64,000 nucleotides of DNA from Somniosus microcephalus. Its lineage: Eukaryota. A program made the translations under genes and the position numbers. Below, piece after piece: positions 38,721 through 52,550 of the stretch (its first letter is position 1; each line of letters starts with the position of its first letter). The DNA is taken from positions 19,282,001 to 19,346,000 of the forward strand of contig CM126226.1 in assembly GCA_052327205.1 (NCBI GenBank). The letters run 5' to 3'. A model generated the notes under the pieces. It did not search any database and was not told the DNA's origin. It saw nothing but the letters and a program-made list of their open reading frames with translations.

Positions 38721-41700
38721 CTTAAAAGGAACTTTGGGGTGGAAAGCCTGGCTATTGTCTTATGTGGTGGTTTATTTTCTTCAGTCCAGGTTGCAGCTGC
38801 TTCTTTGAGACAAGGTGGATATAACCTGCCGTTAACGTATTTGCTGGCTTTGCTTGACAATTCCTGTCACGATACTTCACGAATTGCCAAGATTTGGAAC
38901 CAAAATAGGGTTAGATTGATGATGCGTTTTATTTAATTTAAAAAATGATACCGGAGATTCACATTTGGAATCATAGCAGCACCAAAATACCAGTAAACTC
39001 ACCAAATTAAGGGAGCGATTTTCCTGGGGGTTCAGTGTCTGGGCACTGGACAGGTGTAACTCACCCAAAGTGCGCCCGCAGAGACCAAGGGATGCCCAAA
39101 TTTGGTCGGTCAGGTCATTAACATAGCCCAGTTGCACCCAGAGTGTAGGTCCATCCCCTGGCAGGATCTCGCGCCAGGAAATTGGGTTGGAACCGTGAGC
39201 GCAACTGCAGGTCTACAGCTCTGGAACTAGCTACCAGCCTTCAGGTCTTCTGGCTGCTGTTGGACAACAGCATCCAGAAGGCAGACAAGCCCAAAAATCT
39301 AGAGTTCCAAAAACAAGAATAGGCCACTTACTCGGTTAGCCACCTTTATCCTGCCTGGCCCACTCAAGCCAACCCGTTTGAACATGATCCAGGCACAAGG
39401 CTCAACCCCAGCTTCTTAGGGCGCCACTGGAAATGGGTACGCCTTGGATGTAAGCAGAGGAAACTGAGGCAGGAGGACTGGGAACGTTCCCTCTCATCTC
39501 ATTACCCAGCGTAATGGGTCTACACTTCTTATTCCTGACCGTTGCACCCAGAGAGTACGTATTTTCTAGGGAGCAAATGTTAGGAAAATCAGGCCCATGT
39601 CAAAAATCAAACTACTCTTTGGGAGGGGGGCAGGGGGGTAATGCCCCCATAGAAAATAATCCACACGACTTCAGCACTCGCGTATCTTTCAGTAACTTCT
39701 AAACTGCCATACTGCTATCTGTCCTTTTGTGTACTGCAATAAAAGTGATGGAATTTGGGTACACCTGCAAGCCCATGTCCCACCGCACACAGTTGACCTC
39801 CTTGTTTTCATGTGTCTAGGTCTATAATCAGAACTGTTTTTGAGCAGTCAGCTTTTCTGGGGCTGTGTCGGCTTTATTGAAGCTGGTGGCCAACTTTTGT
39901 TGGTCTTCTAGGTTGGTGTGTATGCACAAGCACAGAAAGATTAGCAGTTACAGCTGAGTGAACGTGTATCTTCTGCAACACTTTGATAAAGCTGGACCAT
40001 TAGGTGATACACAAAGTGCACCCAAATTAGGAAAGGTCATTTATGCTCGACATCAGAAGATAATCTAGCTCTTAACTGGGGCCAGTATTCATTATTAGTT
40101 TAAGAGGGGATTCAATGAGCTGGTTGTCAACAGAGTGTATGTAAAGGCTGCAGAGAGAAATAATTTATTTTATACTGTTATTAAAGATGCTCTCAGTTGA
40201 TTTTTTTTTTAAATTACAGTTTAATAGAACTTAAGGATTTATTGTGCTTTATTGGCAAAATGTGAGCAATACGCAACAGGTAAACTCTTCGTTTGTACTT
40301 TTAAATAAGAATACATAAATAATATAGTTCTGCATTATTTAAATTCCTTTTGTAATATTGGATATGACATTATAAACATATAATAAAACATACTTAACAA
40401 AAAAAGTCAGTTTGTGAAACTATAACCAAAGTAATGTTCTTTTAAGTCACATAACCACATCACATGTATTATGCAGTAATACATCTGCAAGTGTTAATCC
40501 CTCAAGGACACTTGATTCATATATATGATTTTAAAAACCTTGACATTTCTAATTTAGAAACTCAATGACACTCTTCTTGCCTTTGCTTTTCCTCTCTCCC
40601 CGCACCCAATCCCATTACAGCAACCCTCGTCAGCTTGCAGTCCAGGCAAACAGGTCACACACTCCTCTAGGCTTTTGTGATGCCAATGCCTATTTGTGCT
40701 CAGTTGCCAAAAGCTCAATGCCACAAGCTGAGAATTACTGTCAAGTTGCGTTCCCCTTGCAAGATAGGAATTGCTCCACCCATTGCAAGGCATCTTGCCT
40801 CGGACCTGGTATTCACTTGTGGCTGACAGGTTTACGTGTAAGCCAGAGATGGAACTTAAATCTGCTCTATCAAAACAAGTGGCTAAAGCTGCCTAGAACA
40901 TGGGCTGATTTCTATTAGTGTATATTTTGTTTGTTTAAAAAATGTTCTACATTCCTTGTGGGCATAATTTCAAACAAATATATTTATGAATTTTTAACAT
41001 TAATATTTAGCAAGAAAAAAATACAGTACACAGTAGAGTCAAAATGGAAATCAGTCTGTAAACCTGACGGAAGTATAATGCCACAATGGAGACTAAGCAC
41101 TTATCAAAAGAAAACTGCATAAAATTTGCTTCGTAATTATATGTTGTGATTGCTTGTATTAAACCTGTACCAAACTTCTTCGTCCCATTGTGCAGGTAAC
41201 CACAAATTATCTTGAACTTGTACAATCTGTTGAATTCCAGCAATGCTGCCACACTGCAGTGGGGCACTCTAAGGCACAGCTTACTGTATTTTTACTTTAT
41301 GCTTATATAGCAAGCTTTATAAAAACAAAGGACTGTTAAGAAAAACTGCTGGAAAAACATGCATTTCTTTAAAAAAAGGGGAAATGTCAGAAATCCGTTA
41401 CCGAAAATAATATCCTACTAAATGAGTTTACCAGTTAATTGTATCATATTCCCTCAGACATAATGGAGGTTGGAATGACGACAAACTATTTCTACACATT
41501 TCAAAAACTCTAATTCGAGACTAGGTCCTGGAACATGCTCAACTTTACTGCAGACATTTAAATTACACTAATGCAATGTTATCGAGACCCGGTGCGTTTG
41601 TCCATCCTGCCAATGTGCATTGTCAGAAGTAGCCATGTTTTTTTTTCCCATTGTCAAGAAGTCTTCAAAAATTCCACAACAAATCCCTAAACCAGAGGTG

Positions 41701-42716
41701 GGGGAGGGAGAAGGAGTAACAAGCCGTCTGAAGACAAGCAAGAGTCACAGGTAAATTAAATGGCACGCACAGGCTTACAGCACCACCTGAGAGAGTTAAG
41801 CAGTAAAGTGAAGTTGGCTATTTTTTTTCTCCATTATTTACACAAAATCTGAAACAACCTCTCAAAGCTAGTTCACCCGGCAATATAACAATGTTGACAA
41901 CTACAAAACCCCATGTCTTGAACAGTTTTCCCCTTCCCCAAAATAAAATTCACTTAATTAAATGTTCTTTGGGGGCTGGGGTAGCTGCAGGCAGCATGTG
42001 GTGCATCTGTCGATTGCAGATTTTAAAAAAAAGAAACCTTTTTTGGTACACATTATCCACAGTATATAACATAACAAACACATTCGCAGATTTTTCTGTC
42101 ATGTCACAAAATTAAATGGATATTATTAATTCACCAAAGAATGGAGCAGTGAAACAGTAATGACAATTTTTAAGATCTGTCATCCGACTACTGCATGTGT
42201 GATTTATACAGACAACTGATGTATTGCTTGGGTCAAGGAAAATATAATCACTGCGATACTTATAAAACAGCCTCCATTTCTTTTTTACTAATTACGCAAA
42301 AATTATGAATGGCTGTAAATGCAAAGAAGTAGTTTGATTGCAAATGCACAATTCTTAGATTCTGTGGGGAAAATGTCTACAGAGAATCTTCATTCTTCAG
42401 CTTGGTTTGCTGCACATTTTGATAAAGTAATTCATACTTTGCAATGTACTTCTTGCATAAGGGTATTTACTTGCAACTTACTGGAAACTGATTGCACTTT
42501 TCCATCAGGCTAAACTATCAATATTGGTCAATTTGTAAGGATTCAATTTCTTAAATACTCATCATTTTGTGACTATGTACTCTCTTATGCGCTTTCAAGA
42601 AAGAAAAGTTCTTAGTGAAAACCAGATGCCAATTTGTATACAGCACTTCCTGTTTAAGTGAATAGGAATTCATCTGGGGCAGTATACAGCTTATTGTGCA
42701 ATGTGTAAAATATGTA

Positions 42717-43029
42717 CAGGAAACTTTGGTTTATCCGGAGGCTAACTGTCCGGAATGCTCAAGCCACCGTCAAAAATCAGGAGCCGTTTCGTTAGGTTTT
42801 TTTTTCTTTTCGTTGCTTTTTTCTCAACAGTCAAGCTCTGCAAGGTCTCGCTGAAGCTGTTGCTAAGCTACAGAGACGCTTGGACTGTTTAGAAGCTGTT
42901 GCTAAGCAACGGGGTTTGTTGCCAGATACGGAGCTCAAAATCTCCGTATGTTTCAACATTAGCGCTGGTTTGTCCGGCAGTTTTGAGGGAACGGCAACAG
43001 CTCGGTGCCGGATAGCACAAAGTTTCCTG
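42717..43029. mobile_element. pogo/Tigger-like MITE, copy 3
   Basis: Same TIRs and TA duplication; interior collinear with copy 2; 313 bp. Confidence 0.88.
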
Positions 43030-43514
43030 TACAGTGTGCAATGGCAAAACCATTTCCCGTTATTAATAGTGATATTAAACTTCATTTTATTGTACATGTC
43101 TACCGTTGACTTGGAACAAGGTGCTCCTTATAGATGCATCATGCTTCACAGAATAGCATTTTTGTTCCTGCTAACCAAGAACCTAGGCTACATAACACCG
43201 TGTTTAATGTGACTTTTGCAGTTTTCAATAAAACTTGAAACATTTCATGGTCAAATTAATTCGAGAAAGGACACTGGCTTTCTGTACACGAGTGGTGGAT
43301 AGCCCGGAGGTAAAGAACAGAATTCACCAAGGAGACAGGAAGGTCAATTAGAAAAACCAACCCATTTGAAACCAGTATTTTCAATGCTTAGCATTTACAA
43401 TTTGTTGCATTACCACAAAGATTGTGAGCATTGGTAAATATTAACTATTCGCTAATTGATCTCTCTATGAACATAAGTGACTTTGCACAATCAATTTAGA
43501 AAAGAAAGATCTAA

Positions 43515-43890
43515 CCCTCCAGATGGCTAAGTGGGTGAAGGGCCCACCTGGTAGTAAAGTACTTGGCAATGGAGGCCAGAAAGTCCCAGATTTAATTTCT
43601 GGCCTGTGCTGAGCTAGCTGATCTCAACTGGCATAACATTTGGGCTACGACAATTGGCCTTACTGCCCCAGGGCCAGATGGGAGACAATCAGCCAGGGTT
43701 CCTGCTGCATCACTATCCAATGTCTCCAGCTGTGCATGGATATGGCTCAGGTGTGATGTCCTCTATGGTCCAAATGCCAGCTGACACACAATGCCAAGGC
43801 TTATACCTGGAATAATGACCACCTAGGCGAGGTACAGGCAGGTGACCAGCTTAGAACAGGACCCACAATAGGAGACAACAGCTTTAGGCT
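43515..43890 (+). mobile_element. Old SINE-like family (unnamed). Related relics at ~32820-33000 (+), ~34080-34380 (-), ~63580-63870 (-)
   Basis: Degenerate tRNA-like head (gatggctaagtggg...gtcccagatttaat) and shared blocks (tgtgctgag.tagctgat; aatcagccagggttcc; tcactatcc) among the copies. Confidence 0.55.
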
Positions 43891-44051
43891 AAGAAAATCG
43901 TCATGAAAATATTTTTGAAGTAAAGTTTAAAACTGATTTTTTGAGTAAATGGCTGCATTATATAAAGCTTTAGATTTTTTTTGGAAATATATATCTCGCC
44001 TTTAATAATATCCCTAGCTCGCAACGTGCAAGAGAAGTTATATAACAGTGG

Positions 44052-44227
44052 CTATATTCAAGAAGGAGTTAGATATATTTTTTAAGGCTAAAGGGATCAA
44101 GGTATATGGGGAGAAAGCAGGGACAGGGTACTGAGTTTGGATGATCAGCCATGATCTCATTAAATGGCGGAGCAGGTTAAAGGGGCCGAATGGCCTACTC
44201 CTGCTCCTATCGTCTATGTTTCTATGA
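44052..44227 (+). mobile_element. Short CR1 3' end
   Basis: Reverse complement of the tails at 3491 and 47149 (same subfamily). Confidence 0.88.
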
Positions 44228-45876
44228 TGCACATCATGCTGTAAGCAATTGTATTTGTATTTCTGCCTTTGTGAATTTTACAATATAATGGAATGAGTGG
44301 CACTGGCATTTTATGTAAATCTTTAACATTTTCAAACATGCGTGCACATTGTCATTAATCCAAACGCAGCAGTTAATCCTTAAAAGGCAACATTACAAGG
44401 GGCACCATCAGGAACAGCTCAATTTCACGAACACGCGCCATCGACTGATCAGAGTGAAATGGTGGGTAATAATGCCTTGGCTTGGTGTGTGCCAAGCACT
44501 ACCCACTGAGACAATATCATAATTTAATTAACGCATATCACCAAAAATCCTTTAATTTGGAGAAAAATAGATCTCCTTCCCCCTTTTCCTCCCCTTCTCT
44601 CTTGAAAGTGATGATTCATGCTGGAGGGCAGTGCCACAGGCACCAGCAGATTTTGCTCAAAAGGTCTTCATGTGCTATCTGAATGTTAAGAGGTATTGCA
44701 TCCTAGCCTATCCTATCCTCACCCAAGTCCATACAACTAACTCAACACAGACTGCGTATCAAACCTGGAAGCTTCCTGATTTAAAAAGGTGGTGTGCTCA
44801 TCCAGTGAGTTACCAGGGACATCCTACTCGAATGAAAGTAAATCTCCAAAATTTAGGGTTAATTTTATCTTGCTCATCTTACTACAAGACTTTGTTACAA
44901 GGCTATACCTTGCATTGTTTTGTAAACTTATTTTTTGCATCCAATCATCATGGCTTACATAAACAAATAAATATCATGCTGCGCTGACCATTCCAGCAAA
45001 TGCGTTCAGACACACAAGTTAGCTCAGTTTGATTGAACTGCAACAACTCATGGTACTGAGCCACTGCACCCTCCTCCATGCCCATTTTGATATCAGTAAA
45101 AGTTACAAAAGCAAAAAAAAACTTCTATATAAAATTGTGGTCAACAACAAAAAAATTGAAGTAGATAAATGAAACGGGATGATCATCATTCAGAGGGAAG
45201 AATGTGGAAGCAGTTTGTTAATTACATTGATGCCATGTACAAGCAACACAAAGGATACAGTTGCAATCCAGGTTGATAAACACAGTTGCATAATGAATGT
45301 CTTACGTTGGCAACAGCAACCACCTCCTTTTAACATTTATAGAAAAGAGGAACATAATGTACTGGCACGATGCCAAGCTCTTTTTCCGTCGCCTTCGTCT
45401 CCGTGCCCATTTCTTTGGCCAGGAGTCATCCCCCCGCAAAGCGGACCCTTTCTCGCGCTTTCAGAATTCTGGTTCTACCTGGGCCCCTCCCTCTGGCCTC
45501 TTACCTTCTCTAGATCTTTTCATTGCTAACTGCCGGCGTGACATCGGCCATCTCAAATTCTCTGCTCCCCTCATTCACACCAATCTACCTCCCTCTGAAC
45601 TTGCAGCACTTCGTTCTCTCCGATGTTGTTGTTTGGCGAACCGACCTCTACCGTGTGGAGGCTGCACGCCAACTCCCTGACACCTCTTCCTACCTCCCCA
45701 TGGACCATGACCCCACTACCAAACATCAAACCATTGTTTCCAAAACTGCCACTGACCTCATCTCCTCTGGAGATCATCCCTCCATGGCTGTCAACCTCAC
45801 AGTCCCCCAAACCCGCACAGCCCGCTTTTACATTCCTCCCAAGATCCACAAACAGGGCTGCCCTGGTAGACACATT

Positions 45877-46580
45877 GGGCTAGAAATTCAGTAAGGCCCC
45901 GCCAGCTTTGCGCCCAGTTACCGCCCAAAGAGGGCTTCTGCGCCAATAGAGGAGTTTGCGCTGATATTCAGCGCAGCGGTAATGGCGGCGGTAGCCGGTA
46001 GCGCTGCGCCGGCACCGATGACGTCATCGGTGTGCGCAGTGCCCCGGTTCCGCCCCGACCCCCATATTTAGTTGCGGCCGCCTCTTCCGCAGCGGCCGCA
46101 AACAACATTCTGCAACCGTGGCCGTCCTGCAGCCTTAGTGGCGCTAGTTAAGGCGGAGGTGCGGCCGGCTGCTTTTTTGGCGGCCGCTTGCCCGCACCTC
46201 CTTCCCCGGCCTCCTCCACCGCCACCCCCCCCCCCCGCGGCATTGCCGGCTGCTTTCCGCGAGCCCGGCACTTCTCCGTGGTGCCGGGCTCATTTGCCGG
46301 CAGTATCAAGCGGCGATCTCCCCGTTGCAGGCACCTCCCCCTTGAGAAGGAGGAGGCCTGCAGTACCGCAGCCTGCCGCTCTGCAGCGGGTGGCGCAGCG
46401 GCACCTACAGCGCTGAAATTCAGTTTCAGCGCCCCAAGCGGGGCGGGCACACCCTGGAATAGCGCCCGGTTCCGACTTGGGGCGCAAAAACTGAATTTCT
46501 GACGGTCGCAACTGGCTCCGTGCGCAGCGCTAACTTTTGGGCGCAAGCGAGCTGGCAGGGCCTTACTGAATTTCTAGGCC
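45877..46580. mobile_element. GC/CpG-rich PIF/Harbinger-group MITE
   Basis: ~30-40-bp imperfect TIR (ctagaaattcagtaaggccc / gggccttactgaatttctag) with ATT duplicated (CATTG under a shifted boundary). Removing it restores the Penelope RT sequence. 704 bp. Confidence 0.88.
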
Positions 46581-47148
46581 ATTGTTTCAGCCTGTTCTTG
46601 CCCAATGGAACGGATTGCTTCCTATCTCAACTCTCTTTTTTTCCCTCCCCTTGTCCAGTCTCTTCCACCTACTCTTCCGACTCCCTCCGCCACTTTAACA
46701 GTTTCTAGTTTCCTGGACCCAACCGCCTCCTTTTCACTATGGACGTCCAATCCCTCTACACCTCCATCCCCCACCAGGACAGCCTGAGGGCGCTCCGCTT
46801 CTTCCTTGAACAGAGGCCCAACCAGTCCCCATCCACCACCACCCTCCTCCGCCTGGCTGAACTTGTTCTTACATTGAACAACTGCTTTGACTCCACTTAC
46901 TTCCTCCAAATTAAAGGTGTTGCTATGTGAACCCACATGGGCCCTAGCTATGCCTGCCATTTTGTAGGCTATGTGGAACATTCTTTGTTCCAATCCTGCT
47001 CAGGTCCCCTCCCTCACCTTTTTCTGGTACATTGATGACTGTATTGGTGCCGTTTCCTGATCTCGTCCCGAACTAGAAAATTTCATTCACTTTGTTTCCA
47101 ATTTCCACCCTTCCCTCACCTTCACATGGCCCATCTCCGACTCTTCCA

Positions 47149-49190
47149 TAGAAACATAGAAGATAGGAGCAGGAGTAGGCCATTTGGCCCCTCGAGCCTG
47201 CTCCACCATTCAATGCGATCATGGCTGATCATCCAAATTCAGTACCCTGTCCCTGCTTTCTCCCCATATCCCTTGATCCCTTTAGCCTTAAGAAATATAT
47301 CCAACTCCTTCTTGAATATATTTAATGAATTGGCCTCTACTGCCTTCTGTGGTAGAGAATTCCACAGGTTCACCACTCTCTGGGTGAAGAAATTCCTCCT
47401 CATCTCTGTCCTAAATAGCTTACCCCTTATCCTTAGACTGTGACCCCTGGTTCTGGACTCCCCGACCATCGGGAACATCCTTCCTGCATCTAGTCTGTCT
47501 AGTCTTGTTAGAATTTTATAAGTTTCAATGAGATCCCCTCTCATTCTTCTAAACTCCAGCGAGTACAAGCCCAATCGACCCAATCTCTCCTCATACATCA
47601 TTCCTGCCATCCCAGGTATCAGCCTGGTGAATCTTCACTGCACTCCTTCCATGGCAAGAACATCCTTCCTCAGATAAGGTGACCAGAACTGCACACAATA
47701 CTCAAGGTGTGGTCTCACCAAGACCCTGTACAACTGCAGCAAGACATCCTTGTTCCTGTACTCAAACCCTCTCGCTACGAAGGCCAACATACCATTTGCC
47801 TTCTTAACCGCCTGCTGCACCTGCATGCTTACCTTCAGCGACTGGTGCACAAGGACGCCCAGGTCTCGTTGCACTTCCCCTTCTCCCAATCTACTGCCTT
47901 TCAGATAATAATCTGCCTTCTTGTTTTTGACACCAAAGTGGATAACCTCTCATTTATCCACGTTATATTGCATCTGCCATGCTTCTGCCCAATTACCCAA
48001 CCTGTCCAAATCATACTGGAGTTTCTCAGCATCATCCTCACAGCACACACGCCCACCCAGCTTTGTGTCGTCTGCAAACTTGGAGATATTACATCTAGTT
48101 CCCTCGTCCAGATCATTAATACATATTGTGAATAGCTGGGGTCCAAGGACCGATCCCTGCGGTACCCCACTAGTCACTGCCTGCCACTCGGAAAAAGAGC
48201 CGTTTATTCCAACTCTTTGCTTCCTGTCTGCCAACCAGTTCTCTATCCAAGTCAATACCTTACCCCCAATCCCATGTGCCTTAACTTTACACGCTAATCT
48301 CTTATGCGGGACCTTATCGAAAGCCTTCTGAAAGTCCAAATACACCACATCCACTGGTTCTCCCTTATCTATTTTACTAGTTACATCATCAAAAAATTCC
48401 AGTAGATTAGTCAAGCACGATTTACCTTATGTAAATCCATGTTGACTTTGTCCGATCTGGTCACTGTTTTCCAAGTGCTCTGCTTTTACATCTTTTATAA
48501 TGGACTCTAGCATTTTCCCCACTACCGATGTCAGGCTTACCAGTCTGTAATTCCCCGTTTTCTCTCTACCACCTTTTTTGAATGGCGGGGTTACATTAGC
48601 TACCCGCCAATCCATGGGTACTGTTCCAGAGTCTATCGAATTTTGGAAGATGACCAGCAATGCATCTACTATTTCTAGGGCCACTTCCTTAAGTACCCTA
48701 GGATGTAGATTATCAGGCCCTGGGGATTTATCGGCCTTCAATCCCGTCAATTTCACTAACACCATTTCCCGACAAATACTGATTTCTATCAGTTCCTCCC
48801 TTTCATTAGACCCTATGTTCCCCGGCATCTCTGGGAGGTTATTTGTGTCCTCCTTTGTGAAGACAGAACCAAAGTCTGCCATTTCTTTGTTCCCCATTAT
48901 AAATTCCCCTGATTCTGACTGCAAGGGACCTACGCTTGACTTTACCAATTTTTTTCTCTTCACATATCTATAAAAGCTTTTACAGTCAGTTTTTATGTTC
49001 CTTGCAAGCTTACTTTCATACTCTATTTTCCCCTCTTAATTAATCCCTTTGTCTTCTTTTGTCGAATCCTAAACTGCTCCCAATCCTCAGGTTTGCTGCT
49101 TTTTCTGGCCAATTTATATGTCCTCTCCTTGGATCTTATGCTCGCCCTAATTTCCCTTGTTAGCCACGGTTGAGTCACCTTTGTTTTATT
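47149..49190 (-). mobile_element. Young CR1 LINE (~2 kb, 5'-truncated) inserted into Penelope
   Basis: KSPGPD, NYRLVSLTSVVGK, YLDFQKAFDKVPH, SGVPQGSVLGP and FADD motifs; possible short TTCC duplication; near-identical to 3491-4803. Confidence 0.93.
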
Positions 49191-50517
49191 TTCCCTTCCC
49201 TTTTTCGACTTCTCGGTCTCCATTTCTGGGGATAGGCTATCGACAAACATCCACTATAAGCCCACTGACTCCCACAGTTACCTGGACTACACTTCCTCCC
49301 ATCCCGCTTCCTGCAAGGACTCTATTCCATTCTCCCAGTTTCTCCATCTCTGCCACATCTGTCCTGACGATGCCACCTTCCATACTAGTGCTTTGATAGG
49401 TCTTTTTTCCTCAACCAAGGATTCCCCTTTACCGTGGTTGACATGGCCCTCGACCGTGTCCGTTCCATTCCCCGCACTTCTGCTCTCACCCCTTGCCCTC
49501 CCTCCCTCCCAGAACCAAGATAGGGTTCCCCTTGTCCTCACCTTTCACCCCACCAGCCTCCACATTCAACGGATCATCCTCCGCCACCTCCAGCATGATC
49601 CCACCACCAAACACATCTTCCCTTCTCCTCCCCTTTCAGCATTACGAAGGGACCGCTCCCTCTGCAACACCCTGGTCCACTCCTCAATCACCCCCAACAG
49701 CCCCACCCCACGGTACCTTCCCATGCAAGCGCAGGAGATGCAACACCTGCCCTTTTACCTCCTCCCTTCCCAATGTCCAGGGCCCCAAACACTCCTTGCA
49801 GGTGAAACAGCGATTTACTTGTACTTCTTGGAAATTGGTATACTGAATTCGCTGCTCACGATGCAGTCTCAACACTGGGGAGACCAAACACAGATTGGGT
49901 GACCGCTTTGCGGAACACCTCTGTTCAGTCCGTAAGCATGACCCGAGCTTCCGGTTGCCTGCCATATTAATTCTCCGCTCCACTCCCATTCTGACCTCTG
50001 TCCTCGGCCTCTTACACTGTTCCAATGAAGCTCAACGTAAGCTCGAGGGACAGCACCTCATCTTTCGATTAGGCACTTTACAGCCTTCTGGACTCAACAT
50101 CGAGTTCAACAATTTCAGACTGTAACCTCTGCCCCTATTTTTTCAGGCGGCAGCTGTGGTTGCAAATGGGATGGCAGAATCATTTAATCTCTGCTGCCTT
50201 CCGCCCCATCACAGACCGTCCCTTTTGTTCTTTCCTCTCCACCCCCCCCCCCACCCCTTTCCCTGCCTCTGCACCTGGTTAAAATCTATTACATCGCTAA
50301 CATTTTCCAGTTCTGACAAAGGATCACAGACCTGAAACGTTAACTCTGTTTCTCTCTCCACGGATGCTGCCTGACCAGATTGAGTGTTTCCAGCATTTTC
50401 TGTTGTTCTTTCAGATTTCCAGCATCTGCAGTATTTTGCTATTGTATGATGTACTGGCTACCTTGTACTGCAGCATTATGCAACTCAAGGCGAGGTTTCA
50501 ATGTGGATAATTATGGG

Positions 50518-51275
50518 AATGGTCGCAAAGTGGTTATGTTACTGGGCTAGTAATCCAGAAGCCTGGACTATTGATCCAGAGACCCGAGTTCAAATCCCAC
50601 CACGGCAGCTGGGGAATTTAAATTCAGTTAATTAAATAAATCCAAAATAAAAAGCTAGTACAGGAAACTTTGTGATATCCGGCACCGACGGGGCCGAGCT
50701 GTTGCCGTCCCATCAAAACTGCCGGACAAACCAGCGCTAATGTTAAAACATTCTCCGTATCTAGCAACAAACCCTGTTGCTTAGCAACAGCTTCTAAACA
50801 GTCGGCCATAGCTTGCAAGCGTCTCTGTAGCTAAGCAACAGCTTTAGCTAGACCTTGCAGAGCCTGACTGGTGGAAAAAAAAGCAACGAAAAGAAAAAAA
50901 ACTTACTGAACCGACTCCTGAATTTTGCCAGTGGATCGAACATTCCGGACAGTTAACCTCCGGATAAACCAAAGTTTCCTGTATCAGTAATGGTGACCGT
51001 GAAATTAATGTCCTTTAGGGAAGGAAATCTTCCGTCCTTACCCGGGCTGGCTTACATGTGACTCCAGACCCACAGCAATGTGGTTGACTGCCCTCTGAAA
51101 TGGTCTAGCAAGCCACTCCGTTGTACCAAACCGCTACAACAAAGTATAATCCACACGGACTACAGCGGTTCAAGAAGGGGGCTCACTTCCACCTTCTCGA
51201 GGGCAATTAGGGATGGGAAATAAATGCTGGCCTTGCCAGCGGCGCCTACATCCCGTGAATGAATTAAAAAAAAAA
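50518..51275 (+). mobile_element. tRNA-derived SINE with a LINE-derived tail, split by MITE copy 4. The same tail occurs inverted at ~31885-31970, ~54645-54730, ~55295-55520
   Basis: A/B-box head (agtggttatgttact...gagttcaaatccc); tail gggcaattagggatggg.aataaatgctggccttgccagc followed by an A-run. Confidence 0.75.
50661..50981. mobile_element. pogo/Tigger-like MITE, copy 4 (inserted in a SINE)
   Basis: Same TIRs and TA duplication; interior is the reverse complement of copies 2 and 3; 321 bp. Confidence 0.88.
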
Positions 51276-51634
51276 TACTGCTTCATTCTGACATCATCAC
51301 ATAAAAGACTTATTGCAAAAAATAAAGGTCTATGGTAAAGAGACAGCCTGGCTGAAGGAAAAGCGCCTCTCACAACTGCAGGACAGTGTTTCACAGCTTT
51401 TGAAGTGTTGTAATGTAGGAAACGTGGCAGCCAATTTGCGCACAGCAAGGTCCCACAAACAGCAATATGATAATGACCTGTTTCAGTGCTGTTACTTGAG
51501 GGATAAACTTCTCATCCGAAAGAAGGCACCTCAGACAGTGCAGCGCTCCCTCAGTACTGCACTGGAGTGTCAGCCTAGGTTTGTGCATAAATCTCAGAAG
51601 GAGGGCAGAAAGCACAAGAAAACAAATGTTTCTT

Positions 51635-52550
51635 GAATTGGCAGGATGTAGTCAGCTGCGTGTTCCAACGATCTGTGTTGGGGCCTCTCTTGTTCTCTAT
51701 ATGCATAAATGACAAACATAGGAACAGAGGGAGTAATATCAAATTTGCTAAAGACACCAATTTAGAGTCACGGCAAATTGAGGAAGAATGCAGGAGACTG
51801 CAAGGGGACAGAGACAGGTTAGGTGAGTGGGAAGATAGGAGGTAAATGTCAGTTAACGTAGATAAATGTGAAGTGGTAAATTTAGAGAAAAGGATCGAGA
51901 ATGGTATTATACCTAAATAGTAAAATCCTCAATGGTGGGCAGGAACAGAGATCTCGGGATTCAGGTACATAGATCTTTAAAAGCATTATTGGATGTGGAA
52001 AGTGTCATAAAAAGGTCAAATTGCCTTTACGGTTTCTATATGAGGCACTGAATACAAAAGCAAGGCTAGGCCACAGATATGCACATCCTATTATAGAAAG
52101 GATACTGGAGCCATCGAAACGATGCAACAGATTTACTAGGAGGATACCATGGATGAGAGGATAGAGTTATAATGCGTTACTTGAAAAACTAAGATTGCAT
52201 TCACCAACAGAGACGTTTAAAGGAGGATCTTACAGAAGTTTCCAAGTTTGATGGGATAAATAGTGAGAGATTATTTCCACTGTTTGGTAAATCAGTAATG
52301 AGGGAGCATAAACTTAGGATCAGTACTAAAATGAGGGTTGGAATCATTATTTTCATAGAAAGGACTATTATAGAGCATGGAAAGCATTACGTATGATGCT
52401 ATTGAAGCCAAGTCAATCACAGCATTTAAGAGAAAATTAGGTGAACACTTTGAAGAGTGCAGGGAAATGGGATGTGAGTAGCTCCTGTGTTAACACTGAC
52501 ACAGGCACTTTGGGCTGAATAGCCTCTTTCTGGCCTGAAATTTCAATGAA
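51635..52550 (+). mobile_element. Old CR1 LINE 3' fragment
   Basis: Degenerate SVLGPLLFSICIND, KFAKDT and LQGDRDRLGEW motifs; CR1-like tail. Confidence 0.8.

Larger units (their letters stand above)
45358..50445 (+). mobile_element. Long decayed Penelope-like element interrupted by a Harbinger-like MITE and a CR1
   Basis: FYIPPKIHK..PGR, DVQSLYTSIPH, YFLQIKGVAM and YIDD (47028-47039) RT motifs. The element resumes at ~49191 with CKRRRCNTC, a GIY-YIG remnant and the tail. Confidence 0.9.

Noticed and set aside
46068-46546. Overlapping Pro/Ala/Gly-rich ORFs and a CpG-island appearance suggesting a gene start
   Set aside because: Entirely inside a TIR/TSD-bounded MITE; the ORFs are a by-product of high GC content.
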